Made by a program: the position numbers and the translations under genes. Shown piece after piece: positions 49,932 to 58,851 of a stretch of 64,000 nt of DNA; within the stretch, counting starts at the first letter, position 1, and each line of letters begins with the position of its first letter. Source of the stretch: a virus; the IMG/VR virus record IMGVR_UViG_3300023184_000038, positions 32,001 through 96,000 of that record; one strand, 5' to 3'. The notes below the pieces were generated by a model. It was not told the origin of the DNA. It saw only the letters and a program-made list of their open reading frames with translations, and searched no databases.

Positions 49932-50657
49932 ATGAAAGATAATTTAAAAGATTTAGTTGCTTATACACATGGCATTGAAGGAATAGATACTGTAAAAATT
50001 ACTGGTACAGATACATCAACTATTATTAATGCAGCCGCCGAAGATAAAACCGTTATAATTATCGGGGAATTTAAAAATCCTATCGCTGATTTTATTGGTA
50101 CGTTTGGTATGCCTAATTTATCTAAATTAAAGACAATACTTGGATTTGATAATTATGATGAAAATGCTAAGATCAATGTTACGCAAAGTACAACTGCTCC
50201 GGGAACTCCTGTAGGAATTCACTTTGAATCTAAAGACGGCGACTTTATTAATGATTATCGGTTTATGAGTAAAGCCTTAGCAGAAGAAAAAGTGCGTGTA
50301 ATGAAATTTAGAGGTACTACTTGGGACGTAAGTTTTGAACCCACTATCGCAGGAATAATGCGTTTAACAAAACAACAACAATCTGCCGACGATGTAAATT
50401 TTACATTGAAAGTTGAAAAGGGAGATTTAAAAATGTACTTTGGTGATTTAGGAACTCACTCAGGTAATTGTCTATTTCATCCCATGGTTACAGGCACGTT
50501 GACTAATGTATGGAAATTTCCTGTTAAACAATTTCTTGCTATTATAAATTTAGCAGGAGATAAAATGATTCGCATTGCAGATGCCGGAGCATTAGAAATA
50601 GTAATTGACAGTGGAATTGCAAAATACACATATCTATTACCAGCAGTTATTAAATAA
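49932..50657 (+). CDS. Sliding clamp (gp45-like)
   Basis: 241 aa, directly after the polymerase; clamp-like beta pattern ending Y.YLLPA. Confidence 0.6.
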   Translation: MKDNLKDLVAYTHGIEGIDTVKITGTDTSTIINAAAEDKTVIIIGEFKNPIADFIGTFGMPNLSKLKTILGFDNYDENAKINVTQSTTAPGTPVGIHFESKDGDFINDYRFMSKALAEEKVRVMKFRGTTWDVSFEPTIAGIMRLTKQQQSADDVNFTLKVEKGDLKMYFGDLGTHSGNCLFHPMVTGTLTNVWKFPVKQFLAIINLAGDKMIRIADAGALEIVIDSGIAKYTYLLPAVIK

Positions 50658-50693
50658 CATGATTTTTGAGCAAGATAATCTAGCAAATAAAAA

Positions 50694-51062
50694 ATGATAA
50701 AGAACATTAATCGTCACGGTAAGTATATGGATGTAATTGGCGTTAATACTAACAATCACATTGTTACCTACGGTGGAGCACAAGGTGTAGGCAATCTAAG
50801 ATTCAATACTAATAATCAAAATATGGAAATATATGACGGTAATAGTTGGGCTGCACTCCATATGGGATATGTTACGGTAGGACTAACTCCTGACGCAGAA
50901 TCATTACTTGATTGGGCTAGAAAAAAGCGTGATGAAGAAATGGAATTAGAAGCACTAGCCGAAACTAATTCTACTATCAAAGACTTGATGGATACTATTA
51001 AGCAAAAGCAAGAACAATTAGAAATAGTTAAAATCTTGATTGAGAAAGAAGTAACAGTTTGA
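50694..51062 (+). CDS. Hypothetical protein
   Basis: ORF with G.LRFN....MEIYDG..W motif and C-terminal coiled coil. Confidence 0.6.
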   Translation: MIKNINRHGKYMDVIGVNTNNHIVTYGGAQGVGNLRFNTNNQNMEIYDGNSWAALHMGYVTVGLTPDAESLLDWARKKRDEEMELEALAETNSTIKDLMDTIKQKQEQLEIVKILIEKEVTV

Positions 51063-52675
51063 AACAAGACAATCTTTCAGCAAAGCATAACCCAGAGTGG
51101 GCATTGTTCTTACCCGCAGTCAGTAGTTTTTACATTGCTGGTTTGGGTAAGCAACGCAAGGGCCAGAATTATTTTGACCAAGCACGAATCCCTGCAAGTT
51201 TTAATGGTGATGTAGAGAAACTAAACTTTCTTAACAGTAAAGAAGGTCTTTACTATTACAAGTGGGGACTATACAGTGCTGGTCACGCTAATTTAGATAC
51301 AACCGTTGATGATCCTAATGAATCTGTCATACGTGAACGTGAAGCAGGTACTTTCATGTTGGGAGATAGTGGTGGATTTCAAATTTTAAAAGGTCAATGG
51401 CCAGCAGATTGGAAAGATCCTAACTGTCCTCGTGCTATGAAAAAACGTAAAGCAGTATTGAAATGGATGGATACATACATGGATTACGGTATGTGTTTAG
51501 ATATCCCAAGTCAATCTGAATTTACTTATCATTTACAAGATAAGAACGGGGTTTCATTGCATGGTATAAAAAAGATTGAGGAAGCTATTACTGCCACTCA
51601 CATTAATAATGAATATTTCATTGCAAATCGTTCGGGCAAATGTAAGTTTTTAAATGTATTACAGGGGCGTGATCATACTGCTAGTGGCACTTGGTATGCT
51701 GAAATGAAAAAGTATTGCGACCCAACTATATATCCAGAAAATCATTTTAATGGATGGGCGTTTGGTGGTCAGGTAAAAATTGACCCGCATTTGATGTTAA
51801 CAAGGATGGTAGATATTATCCATGACGGATTGCTACAAGAAGGTAAACACGATTTGATTCATTGTTTGGGTACAAGTATATTGGAATATGCAGTATTGTT
51901 TACTGATATACAAAAGGCAATTCGTAAATATCACAATCCAAAACTTCAAATTACATTTGATTGTGCAAGCCCATTCTTTGCCGCTGCTAAAGGGTTGGCA
52001 TATTTCAATACTAATATTGAACATAATAAAAAATGGTCCTATAGCATGGAAAAGACAGCAGAGAAAAAGTCTTATGCTAATGATACTCGCAAGTTTAGGG
52101 ACGCTGTATTATCTGAAAACATCCATAAAGTGTTTACAGATAGTCCAGTAACTGATATACTTACACTTAAGGATTTGTGCTATCGTGGTCAGGGGTTTAT
52201 AGGTCAACATGGTAAAGAAACTAAAACAAGTTGGGATACATTGAGTTATACATTGCTTCAAAGTCATAATGTTTGGATGCATATGAATGCAGTTCAAGAA
52301 GCCAATCGTAAATATGAAATAGGTTTAATTCCAAAAATGTTGTCTCATCAGTTTGAGGGTGGTAGATTTTTTACAGAATTGGTTGATGAAATCTTTTCAA
52401 AAAGTACAAAGCAAGAAGCGGTAGATTTAATTGATAAACATGATAGTTATTGGAAACAATTTCAATCAGGTAGTCAGGGCATCAGTGGTAAGAAAACTGA
52501 TAATTCTAGGACTAAGCATAAGCAATTGTATGAGGAAACGGATGATAGTTATTATCAACAATTTCAATCAGGTAGTCAGAGCAGCAGTGGTAAAAAAACT
52601 GATAATTCTAGGTCGATGTATGATGAATTGTTTGAGGAAGTTAGTAACGATATAAATGAAGTAATAGGAAAATAA
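51059..52675 (+). CDS. tRNA-guanine-transglycosylase-fold enzyme, probable DNA 7-deazaguanine insertase (DpdA-like)
   Basis: LGDSGGFQ, CLDIP, LNVLQG, GWAFGG, IHCLG, FDCAS are TGT-fold motifs; clustered with folE, queD and queE. Confidence 0.75.
   Translation: MKQDNLSAKHNPEWALFLPAVSSFYIAGLGKQRKGQNYFDQARIPASFNGDVEKLNFLNSKEGLYYYKWGLYSAGHANLDTTVDDPNESVIREREAGTFMLGDSGGFQILKGQWPADWKDPNCPRAMKKRKAVLKWMDTYMDYGMCLDIPSQSEFTYHLQDKNGVSLHGIKKIEEAITATHINNEYFIANRSGKCKFLNVLQGRDHTASGTWYAEMKKYCDPTIYPENHFNGWAFGGQVKIDPHLMLTRMVDIIHDGLLQEGKHDLIHCLGTSILEYAVLFTDIQKAIRKYHNPKLQITFDCASPFFAAAKGLAYFNTNIEHNKKWSYSMEKTAEKKSYANDTRKFRDAVLSENIHKVFTDSPVTDILTLKDLCYRGQGFIGQHGKETKTSWDTLSYTLLQSHNVWMHMNAVQEANRKYEIGLIPKMLSHQFEGGRFFTELVDEIFSKSTKQEAVDLIDKHDSYWKQFQSGSQGISGKKTDNSRTKHKQLYEETDDSYYQQFQSGSQSSSGKKTDNSRSMYDELFEEVSNDINEVIGK
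52440..52612 (+). repeat. 102-bp-period imperfect tandem duplication in the C-terminus of the TGT-like gene
   Basis: DSYWKQFQSGSQGISGKKTDNSR versus DSYYQQFQSGSQSSSGKKTDNSR. Confidence 0.9.
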
Positions 52676-52676
52676 T

Positions 52677-52886
52677 ATGCCATATAAAAATCATATAACA
52701 CATTTACATGAAATATGTAGAGCATCTGAAGATAAAATTAGAAGATTAGAAAGTTCTAAAGCGGATGAAAACTACATAGAAACTGAAAAAAATCAACTAG
52801 ATAAGTATTATGCTGAACTTTCTAAGTTAGATAAACTTCAGTGGATAGAAGATCATGAACGTATTAACTTTGAGGATGATAGATAA
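52677..52886 (+). CDS. Small coiled-coil hypothetical protein
   Basis: ORF in the operon. Confidence 0.6.
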   Translation: MPYKNHITHLHEICRASEDKIRRLESSKADENYIETEKNQLDKYYAELSKLDKLQWIEDHERINFEDDR

Positions 52887-53338
52887 TGGATCCTGTAGAA
52901 ATGGCACTGTTTGAAAAACGTGTACGAATTAGCTCTCAGGCTAAACGTATGATATATGTAACCTTTCAAAAAGAAGGGATACATTGCTATCCGGCAGCAG
53001 CAACTGATATTAATTTAAAAACAGAAAATGAATATGATGTTTCATTTTTATCTAATCCGCATAGGCATATATTTCACTTTAATGTATCAATACAAATATT
53101 TCATAATGACCGCGATATTGAATTTATTCAATTTAAACGCTGGCTTGAAAATTTGTATAAAGAAGGTACTTTGGAATTGAATCATAAAAGTTGTGAGATG
53201 ATGTCAGATGATTTGTACGAACAAATATCTCGGCGCTATCCCAATCGTGATATTGTAATAACTGTCTCAGAAGATAATGAGAACGGAGCTACAATTTATT
53301 ATAATGTAAGTAGACCAGTGCATTATGTTAGTATTTAA
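52886..53338 (+). CDS. T-fold QueD paralogue, probable CDG decarboxylase (DpdL-like)
   Basis: LSNPHRHIF fits the LxxxHRHxF signature I recall for DpdL; also DIEF, SCE and VSED.ENG; lies next to the TGT-like gene. Confidence 0.6.
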   Translation: MDPVEMALFEKRVRISSQAKRMIYVTFQKEGIHCYPAAATDINLKTENEYDVSFLSNPHRHIFHFNVSIQIFHNDRDIEFIQFKRWLENLYKEGTLELNHKSCEMMSDDLYEQISRRYPNRDIVITVSEDNENGATIYYNVSRPVHYVSI

Positions 53339-53350
53339 AGAAAGAACCCA

Positions 53351-53542
53351 ATGGCAAAATTAACTAAATTATTAAAAGTAAGTGAATCACTTAGTATCAA
53401 TCGGTATGATAACGGATGGATGCTTGAAATTAGCGGTAAGGATAAAGAAAATGATTGGAAAACTACCAAAACATTATGTAACAGTGAAGAAGAATTATTA
53501 GCAATTATTAAAGAGTGGAATTCAATCCAATTGGACAATTAA
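53351..53542 (+). CDS. Small hypothetical protein
   Basis: ORF. Confidence 0.6.
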   Translation: MAKLTKLLKVSESLSINRYDNGWMLEISGKDKENDWKTTKTLCNSEEELLAIIKEWNSIQLDN

Positions 53543-53568
53543 ATTTTATTAAACAGAAAGAAATTAAT

Positions 53569-53775
53569 ATGGCAAAACTAACTTTTCAACCTAATCCCCG
53601 CGTTCAACAACTATTTGAGGATCTTGATAAATTTAAAGAATTTTGTGTCAATTTTGGATACAAATATGATGAGTCAGAATTATATGACATGCGTAGTTAT
53701 GCATGTAGACAATTTAATAAATTCATTACCGGTAAGGTTCCTAAAGACCAATGGCAGGAAAACGCTCGTCCATGA
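53569..53775 (+). CDS. Small hypothetical protein
   Basis: ORF; probable ATG 53569. Confidence 0.6.
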   Translation: MAKLTFQPNPRVQQLFEDLDKFKEFCVNFGYKYDESELYDMRSYACRQFNKFITGKVPKDQWQENARP

Positions 53776-54209
53776 AAATAGTGTTGGTCACTGGTGGATT
53801 TGATCCTCTGCACAGTGGTCACATTGAGTACTTTAGGTCTGCCAAGAGTCTAGGTGATCAACTAATTGTGGGTTTGAACAGTGACGAATGGTTGGCTCGT
53901 AAAAAGGGTCAACCTTTTATGCCGCTAAGTGAACGCAGAATTATAGTTGGCAATCTTAAAGACGTTACTGCAACAATCGTGTACAATGATGACAATGGTT
54001 CTAGTTGCAAAGCAATAGAACAATTACTACTACATTGTAGTCCAGATGATGAATTAATTTTTGCAAACGGCGGTGATAGAACTAAAGAAAATATACCCGA
54101 AATGAGTATAACTGATAGTAGAGTAAAATTTATGTTTGGGGTCGGTGGAGAAAACAAGATAAATTCCAGCAGCTGGATTTTACGCCAATGGGACAAATGG
54201 AAGAACTAA
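53772..54209 (+). CDS. Cytidylyltransferase family protein (RfaE-II/TagD-like)
   Basis: TGGFDPLHSGH, VGLNSD, FANGGDR, NSSS. Confidence 0.85.
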   Translation: MKIVLVTGGFDPLHSGHIEYFRSAKSLGDQLIVGLNSDEWLARKKGQPFMPLSERRIIVGNLKDVTATIVYNDDNGSSCKAIEQLLLHCSPDDELIFANGGDRTKENIPEMSITDSRVKFMFGVGGENKINSSSWILRQWDKWKN

Positions 54210-55384
54210 TGAGAAAACTATATTACATGGGGCTTGAGCCCTACAAAGCAAGATACACCCTGCAGTTACAAGACTGGAATGAAACTGTATTCAAGAAAAG
54301 AAAACTTGATTATGTAATTGTGCCCGGCGAAACTCTTAGCAATGATCAAGCAATTGTAACAGGTCAAGTATTAGATGCACATGGTCGTACATACTTTGGT
54401 ATGTCACAACTGATGAATTTAATCAAAATGATGAAGGCTGGAGAATTAACCAATGAAGATGTTATTTACTTTGAGGATATGTTTCAGCCTGGAATCGAAA
54501 GCCTCCCGTATATTCTTAAGCAAATCGGTTCTGCTCACCGGCCTAGGATTTATGTTCGCTGTCTTGCTCAGTCCATTGATCCTGATGATTTTGTTCATGT
54601 ATGGGGTATGCAACATTTCATGGGACATTATGAAAAAATGGTGGACTCGTTTGTAGATGGTGTACTTGCTACTAATGAAGAAATGGTAATGCACATGAAG
54701 ATTGCAGGTTGGAAGGCTCCGATCTACAATATCAGTGGATTAGCATTCGGCAAGGCAGAAGTACAAAGTCGTGTTACTGATATTAAACCATTTGCTGATC
54801 GTAAATACCGTGTAGTATTCTCTGCACGTTGGGATCAAGAGAAGCAGCCCGATTTTTATATGGATTTGATAGAAGCATGGCATGCTCAACCTGGATTGGA
54901 AGAAGTTGAATTTTGTGTATGTAGTGGTAGTTTGTTGAAATCAAATAACGAAAGTTATATGACTCGTACCCGTGAGTTGTTTCTTGCCGGCAAACTTAAA
55001 ATATATGAAAACTTAGAAAAAAATGATTACTATACTATCGTTAATGATAGTCGTGTTGTGTTTAATTGCGCCCTTCAAGATTGGGTTTCCAACACAGTCA
55101 GTGAAGCAGATAGTCTTGGGTGTAATGTTTTATACCCTGCTTATCGGTCTTTCCCTGAAACTTTTTCTAATGACCATACCAGACTTTATGTCCCTTGGAG
55201 TATAGAGGATGCTATGGATAAGTTGGAAGCGTTATTGGACTTCCCTCACCCAAGAATGGGAGAGATCAGTGACTACAATAATGGTACAATTGATCGTATC
55301 ATTGATATTTTAGAAGGTGGTGGACAGAGTATGTTGAGAATGTCCACTGATTATAGAAAACATACCCGCGAATCAAAATATTAA
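54209..55384 (+). CDS. GT-B fold glycosyltransferase
   Basis: VFSARWDQEKQP; EAD.LGC..LYP..RSFPE. Confidence 0.75.
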   Translation: MRKLYYMGLEPYKARYTLQLQDWNETVFKKRKLDYVIVPGETLSNDQAIVTGQVLDAHGRTYFGMSQLMNLIKMMKAGELTNEDVIYFEDMFQPGIESLPYILKQIGSAHRPRIYVRCLAQSIDPDDFVHVWGMQHFMGHYEKMVDSFVDGVLATNEEMVMHMKIAGWKAPIYNISGLAFGKAEVQSRVTDIKPFADRKYRVVFSARWDQEKQPDFYMDLIEAWHAQPGLEEVEFCVCSGSLLKSNNESYMTRTRELFLAGKLKIYENLEKNDYYTIVNDSRVVFNCALQDWVSNTVSEADSLGCNVLYPAYRSFPETFSNDHTRLYVPWSIEDAMDKLEALLDFPHPRMGEISDYNNGTIDRIIDILEGGGQSMLRMSTDYRKHTRESKY

Positions 55385-55394
55385 GGAGAAAATT

Positions 55395-55583
55395 ATGAAC
55401 GCACATACAGATATTAAAACACAATTGGCAGCATACGAAGCCGAACATGAAAAGTTTGAAAAAGGTAATGCAGCAGCTGGAACTCGTGCCCGTAAAGCAT
55501 TGGGTGAACTAGCAAAAGCAGTTAAGGCTCGTCGTAACGAAATCACCGCAGAAAAAACAGCAAGAAAAGAAGCCAAGTCTTAA
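55395..55583 (+). CDS. Histone H1-like (Hc1-type) nucleoid protein
   Basis: EKFEKGNAAAGTRARKAL.EL.K..K..R.EI. Confidence 0.8.
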   Translation: MNAHTDIKTQLAAYEAEHEKFEKGNAAAGTRARKALGELAKAVKARRNEITAEKTARKEAKS

Positions 55584-55585
55584 TA

Positions 55586-55801
55586 ATGGCAACTCGTAAA
55601 AAGAAATCAGAAGTAACTATTGATGCGTCCGGTCCGGATGTTGTACAGATAGTTAAAGGTAATCACTTAACAGTTACTACATTTCCAAATGGCAAAACTA
55701 AATTAGTTTGGGATTGGGATGCCCTATTACAAGAAGTCAAAGAGGCTATTGCTAATGTTGAGGGAAAACCAGCAAAAAAGTCAAAGTCAACTGTAAAGTG
55801 A
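55586..55801 (+). CDS. Small hypothetical protein
   Basis: ORF. Confidence 0.6.
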   Translation: MATRKKKSEVTIDASGPDVVQIVKGNHLTVTTFPNGKTKLVWDWDALLQEVKEAIANVEGKPAKKSKSTVK

Positions 55802-55983
55802 AAACACAACAGGAAATTTGGGAATCATTTGCAAAACCCGTTTTCCCTCATCTCAATGAACATCAGTTGGCTGAATTAAAGATTGAGGCTGTAATGGATT
55901 GGGGCTTAGGCATTGACACTGAATTGAGTGTCATGTACGACAAGTACGTAATGATGAAGAATTTAATGGATGCAACGTACTAA
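55798..55983 (+). CDS. Small hypothetical protein
   Basis: GTG start overlapping the upstream stop. Confidence 0.5.
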   Translation: MKTQQEIWESFAKPVFPHLNEHQLAELKIEAVMDWGLGIDTELSVMYDKYVMMKNLMDATY

Positions 55984-55984
55984 A

Positions 55985-56024
55985 GATAAATAATAATGTA
56001 AGATACACAACGGTATCTTACATT
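55985..56024 (+). promoter_or_regulatory. Late promoter followed by a 12-bp hairpin in the folE leader
   Basis: GATAAATA at 55985-55992; aatgtaagatac-acaacg-gtatcttacatt. Confidence 0.55.
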
Positions 56025-56057
56025 TCAAAAACAAACCATCACAAAGGAAGGTTATCT

Positions 56058-56735
56058 ATGAGTTATAATAAAACAAAAACAGATCCAGAGTTGGGTCAAA
56101 AAGTTCATCAACACTTAGTTAAAATGGGAGTTGAAACTCCTACAAAAAAATCACCGATTTCAGATCGTAAAGACAAGATTGCAGTAATTGAACCATTGTT
56201 TGCTGAAATTATGAAAACATTAGGTCTTGACTTGAGTGACGATAGTTTATGCGATACTCCAAAGCGTGTTGCCCGAATGTATGTCAACGAAATCTTTTGG
56301 GGATTAGACTACGATGCATTCCCAAAATGTACCGCAGTTGATAACAAAATGAAATACAACGAAATGGTTTGCGAACGTAATATCAATGTACAAAGTAATT
56401 GTGAACATCACTTTGTAGTCATCGACGGGCTAGCAACTGTAGCATATGTTCCCAATCAAAAAGTGCTTGGATTGAGTAAAATCAATCGTATAGTAGAATA
56501 CTTTAGCAAGCGTCCACAAATACAAGAACGATTGACTGAACAAGTATTTCATGCATTGCAATATATCCTTGAAACAGAAGATGTTGCGGTTATGATAGAT
56601 GCACAACATTATTGTGTTAAAAGCAGGGGAGTTGAGGATACAGGTAGTTCAACCGTTACAAGTAAACTTGGTGGTGGATTCAAAAGTGACCCGGCTGCTA
56701 GAGCAGAATTTTATCAACTAGCAAGACAGAGATAA
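56058..56735 (+). CDS. folE: GTP cyclohydrolase I
   Basis: [31 protein letters not shown]...RG. Confidence 0.96.
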   Translation: MSYNKTKTDPELGQKVHQHLVKMGVETPTKKSPISDRKDKIAVIEPLFAEIMKTLGLDLSDDSLCDTPKRVARMYVNEIFWGLDYDAFPKCTAVDNKMKYNEMVCERNINVQSNCEHHFVVIDGLATVAYVPNQKVLGLSKINRIVEYFSKRPQIQERLTEQVFHALQYILETEDVAVMIDAQHYCVKSRGVEDTGSSTVTSKLGGGFKSDPAARAEFYQLARQR

Positions 56736-56740
56736 AATTA

Positions 56741-56857
56741 ATGGAAATTTTTATAATTATCGGTATCAGTGCATTGGCATTGATTTTAGTTTTTATGGAT
56801 AAATCATCTGATTGCAATAAAAATTGTTCTCAAGGCAGAAAGTGTGATTGTAAATAA
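56741..56857 (+). CDS. 38-aa membrane peptide with Cys cluster (MEIFIIIGISALALILVFMDKSSDCNKNCSQGRKCDCK)
   Basis: Read directly (below the ORF-track cutoff); fills the gap exactly and is TAATG-coupled to the next gene. Confidence 0.6.
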   Translation: MEIFIIIGISALALILVFMDKSSDCNKNCSQGRKCDCK

Positions 56858-57093
56858 TGGGATTTCGTAAACCAATGGACTACACCAATGTTCATCATCA
56901 AATTTATATGGCTGGTGTAGAATTGCATTCTGGTCATAATGACGGATACACTACTTGGGAAATCAAAAAAGATTTACATCGTATCAAATGGTTATTAGAT
57001 GAAATCATGGCTGATTCACCTACTTACGCCGACGAAAAAGAATTCTTAGATGAACATTCTAAAGTAAAGATGTGGAGAACATTAAAAAAATGA
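56857..57093 (+). CDS. Small hypothetical protein
   Basis: ORF. Confidence 0.6.
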   Translation: MGFRKPMDYTNVHHQIYMAGVELHSGHNDGYTTWEIKKDLHRIKWLLDEIMADSPTYADEKEFLDEHSKVKMWRTLKK

Positions 57094-57548
57094 TATTCAA
57101 CAAAATCAAAGAACTAAAAGAGCAAGGGCTTAGAATTGGAATCACTTTTAGCCAGTTTGATTTACTTCACGCTGGACATATTGCTATGCTTAGCCAAGCT
57201 AAAAATCACTGTGACTATCTTATTGCTGGATTACAAAACAATGCACAGTGGGATCGTCCTGAAAAGAATGCACCCATTCAAAGTATTGTTGAAAGACAGA
57301 TTAGTTTAAGTGCAGTGAGATTCGTAGATGAAATTGTAGTTTACAATACAGAAAAAGATTTGGAAGATATTCTACTTACATTACCCATTGATGTACGAAT
57401 TTTAGGTGTAGAATACAAAGATAAAGATTTTACCGGTTATGGAATATGCCAACAGCGTAACATTGAATTAGTGTTCAATGGGCGTGATCACAGTTTTAGT
57501 AGTTCAAGTTTGCGTAAAAGAGTAGTTGAAGCAGCAAAGGATAAATAA
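57090..57548 (+). CDS. Cytidylyltransferase (TagD / glycerol-3-phosphate CT-like)
   Basis: FSQFDLLHAGH, ER...L.AVRFVDE, R.HSFSSS.LR. Confidence 0.85.
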   Translation: MIFNKIKELKEQGLRIGITFSQFDLLHAGHIAMLSQAKNHCDYLIAGLQNNAQWDRPEKNAPIQSIVERQISLSAVRFVDEIVVYNTEKDLEDILLTLPIDVRILGVEYKDKDFTGYGICQQRNIELVFNGRDHSFSSSSLRKRVVEAAKDK

Positions 57549-57552
57549 TATA

Positions 57553-57616
57553 ACCGGTCTCTTATGGGCTCATCCCGGTATAAAAATTCTGCGTCCTATG
57601 CTATAATAACATAGGA
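57553..57616 (+). promoter_or_regulatory. Candidate riboswitch-like leader of queD
   Basis: accgg/ccggt stem followed by ataaaaa; tcctatg can pair with the SD region (catagga) or with loop tatggg. Confidence 0.4.
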
Positions 57617-57623
57617 GAACAAC

Positions 57624-58100
57624 ATGGCAAAATATATTTCAACAAAGACCTATAATCAACTAGGTCCGGTTGCATATCGTCAATGGCGTGCAGACAGTCA
57701 TTGTAATTTAATACACGGATATGCATTAAGTTTTCATTTAGAATTTGAATGTGATACACTTGACGCACGTAATTGGTGCATGGACTTTGGTGGTTTAAAA
57801 CCGTTAAAAGGCTTATTAGAAGATTGGTTTGATCACACTCTATTAGTGGCACAAGATGATCCAATGCGTGAACATTTACTAAACTTGGGTAAGTTAAAAC
57901 TAGCAAAGATAACTGAAGTAGAAAAGACTGGATGTGAGGGAATTGCAGCCTTTTTGTACGAATATATTAATACCATCTTTTTACCTAATTACGGTGAGAA
58001 AGACCGAGTATGGTGTAGTAAAGTAGAAGTCAGAGAAACAGATAGTAATATGGCTATGCGAGTGGGTCATAGAGAAGATAATGAATATCTAAATGATTGA
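57624..58100 (+). CDS. queD: 6-carboxy-5,6,7,8-tetrahydropterin synthase
   Basis: HCNLIHGY, MDFGGLK, FDHTLL, GCE, EVRET; folE/queE context. Confidence 0.85.
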   Translation: MAKYISTKTYNQLGPVAYRQWRADSHCNLIHGYALSFHLEFECDTLDARNWCMDFGGLKPLKGLLEDWFDHTLLVAQDDPMREHLLNLGKLKLAKITEVEKTGCEGIAAFLYEYINTIFLPNYGEKDRVWCSKVEVRETDSNMAMRVGHREDNEYLND

Positions 58101-58770
58101 TATACAGTATATTAATAGCAATGTTGCAATGTCCGATATAGTTGCCGACATTGTTGAATATACTATTAAACATTCTATTGGCCCTTGCAAAATTGCATTT
58201 CCTACAGGTAATACACCCATAGAAATGTATGCCAACTTAGTATTACGTCCAATCAATTGGGAAAACACATATAGTTTTCAATTAGATGAATATGTGGGGC
58301 TACCTAACGGTCATCCCAAGCTGTATACTCAATTTATGTATGAACATTTATATTCTAAAGTAAATATTAATCAATTGCATATATTTTCTCCAATACTTAA
58401 TATTAACTATGATAACATTATTAATACTCACGGTGGATTAGATTTAGCAATATTGGGATTGGGGCACAACGGACATATAGCCTTTAATGAACCGGGTTCG
58501 GAATTTAATTCAGTTACTCGGCAAATTGTGTTGGAAGAATCCACTAGAGTAAACAATAGTAAATGGTTTAAATCGTTAAATGAAGTTCCAACTACTGCAA
58601 TGACAATGGGATTGTCTACTATAATGAGTGCCAGACATATTGTATTAATGGTACAAGGTATTAATAAATTTACAATGCTTAAACAAGCACTATGGGGCAA
58701 AAGAACTGAACATATTCCATGTAGTGTACTTCAAACTCATTCTAATATTAAAGTATTATATTGTGATTAA
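58093..58770 (+). CDS. nagB: Glucosamine-6-phosphate deaminase
   Basis: PTGNTP, LDEYVGL, LGLGHNGHIAFNEPG, A.TMG..TI. Confidence 0.92.
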   Translation: MIDIQYINSNVAMSDIVADIVEYTIKHSIGPCKIAFPTGNTPIEMYANLVLRPINWENTYSFQLDEYVGLPNGHPKLYTQFMYEHLYSKVNINQLHIFSPILNINYDNIINTHGGLDLAILGLGHNGHIAFNEPGSEFNSVTRQIVLEESTRVNNSKWFKSLNEVPTTAMTMGLSTIMSARHIVLMVQGINKFTMLKQALWGKRTEHIPCSVLQTHSNIKVLYCD

Positions 58771-58786
58771 TTTGGTAATCTTAGTA

Positions 58787-58815
58787 TTGAGTTTCTATTA
58801 AATCTGTGCTATAAT
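58787..58815 (+). promoter_or_regulatory. sigma70 promoter with extended -10 for queE
   Basis: TTGAGT-17 nt-TATAAT with TG at the extended position. Confidence 0.65.
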
Positions 58816-58851
58816 GTCAAAAAATGTTTATATCATTAAAGGAATAGTACA

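Noticed and set aside
52440-52612. TGT C-terminal duplication as a DGR TR/VR pair
   Set aside because: Differences are not adenine-restricted, both copies are in one reading frame, and no RT is in the window.
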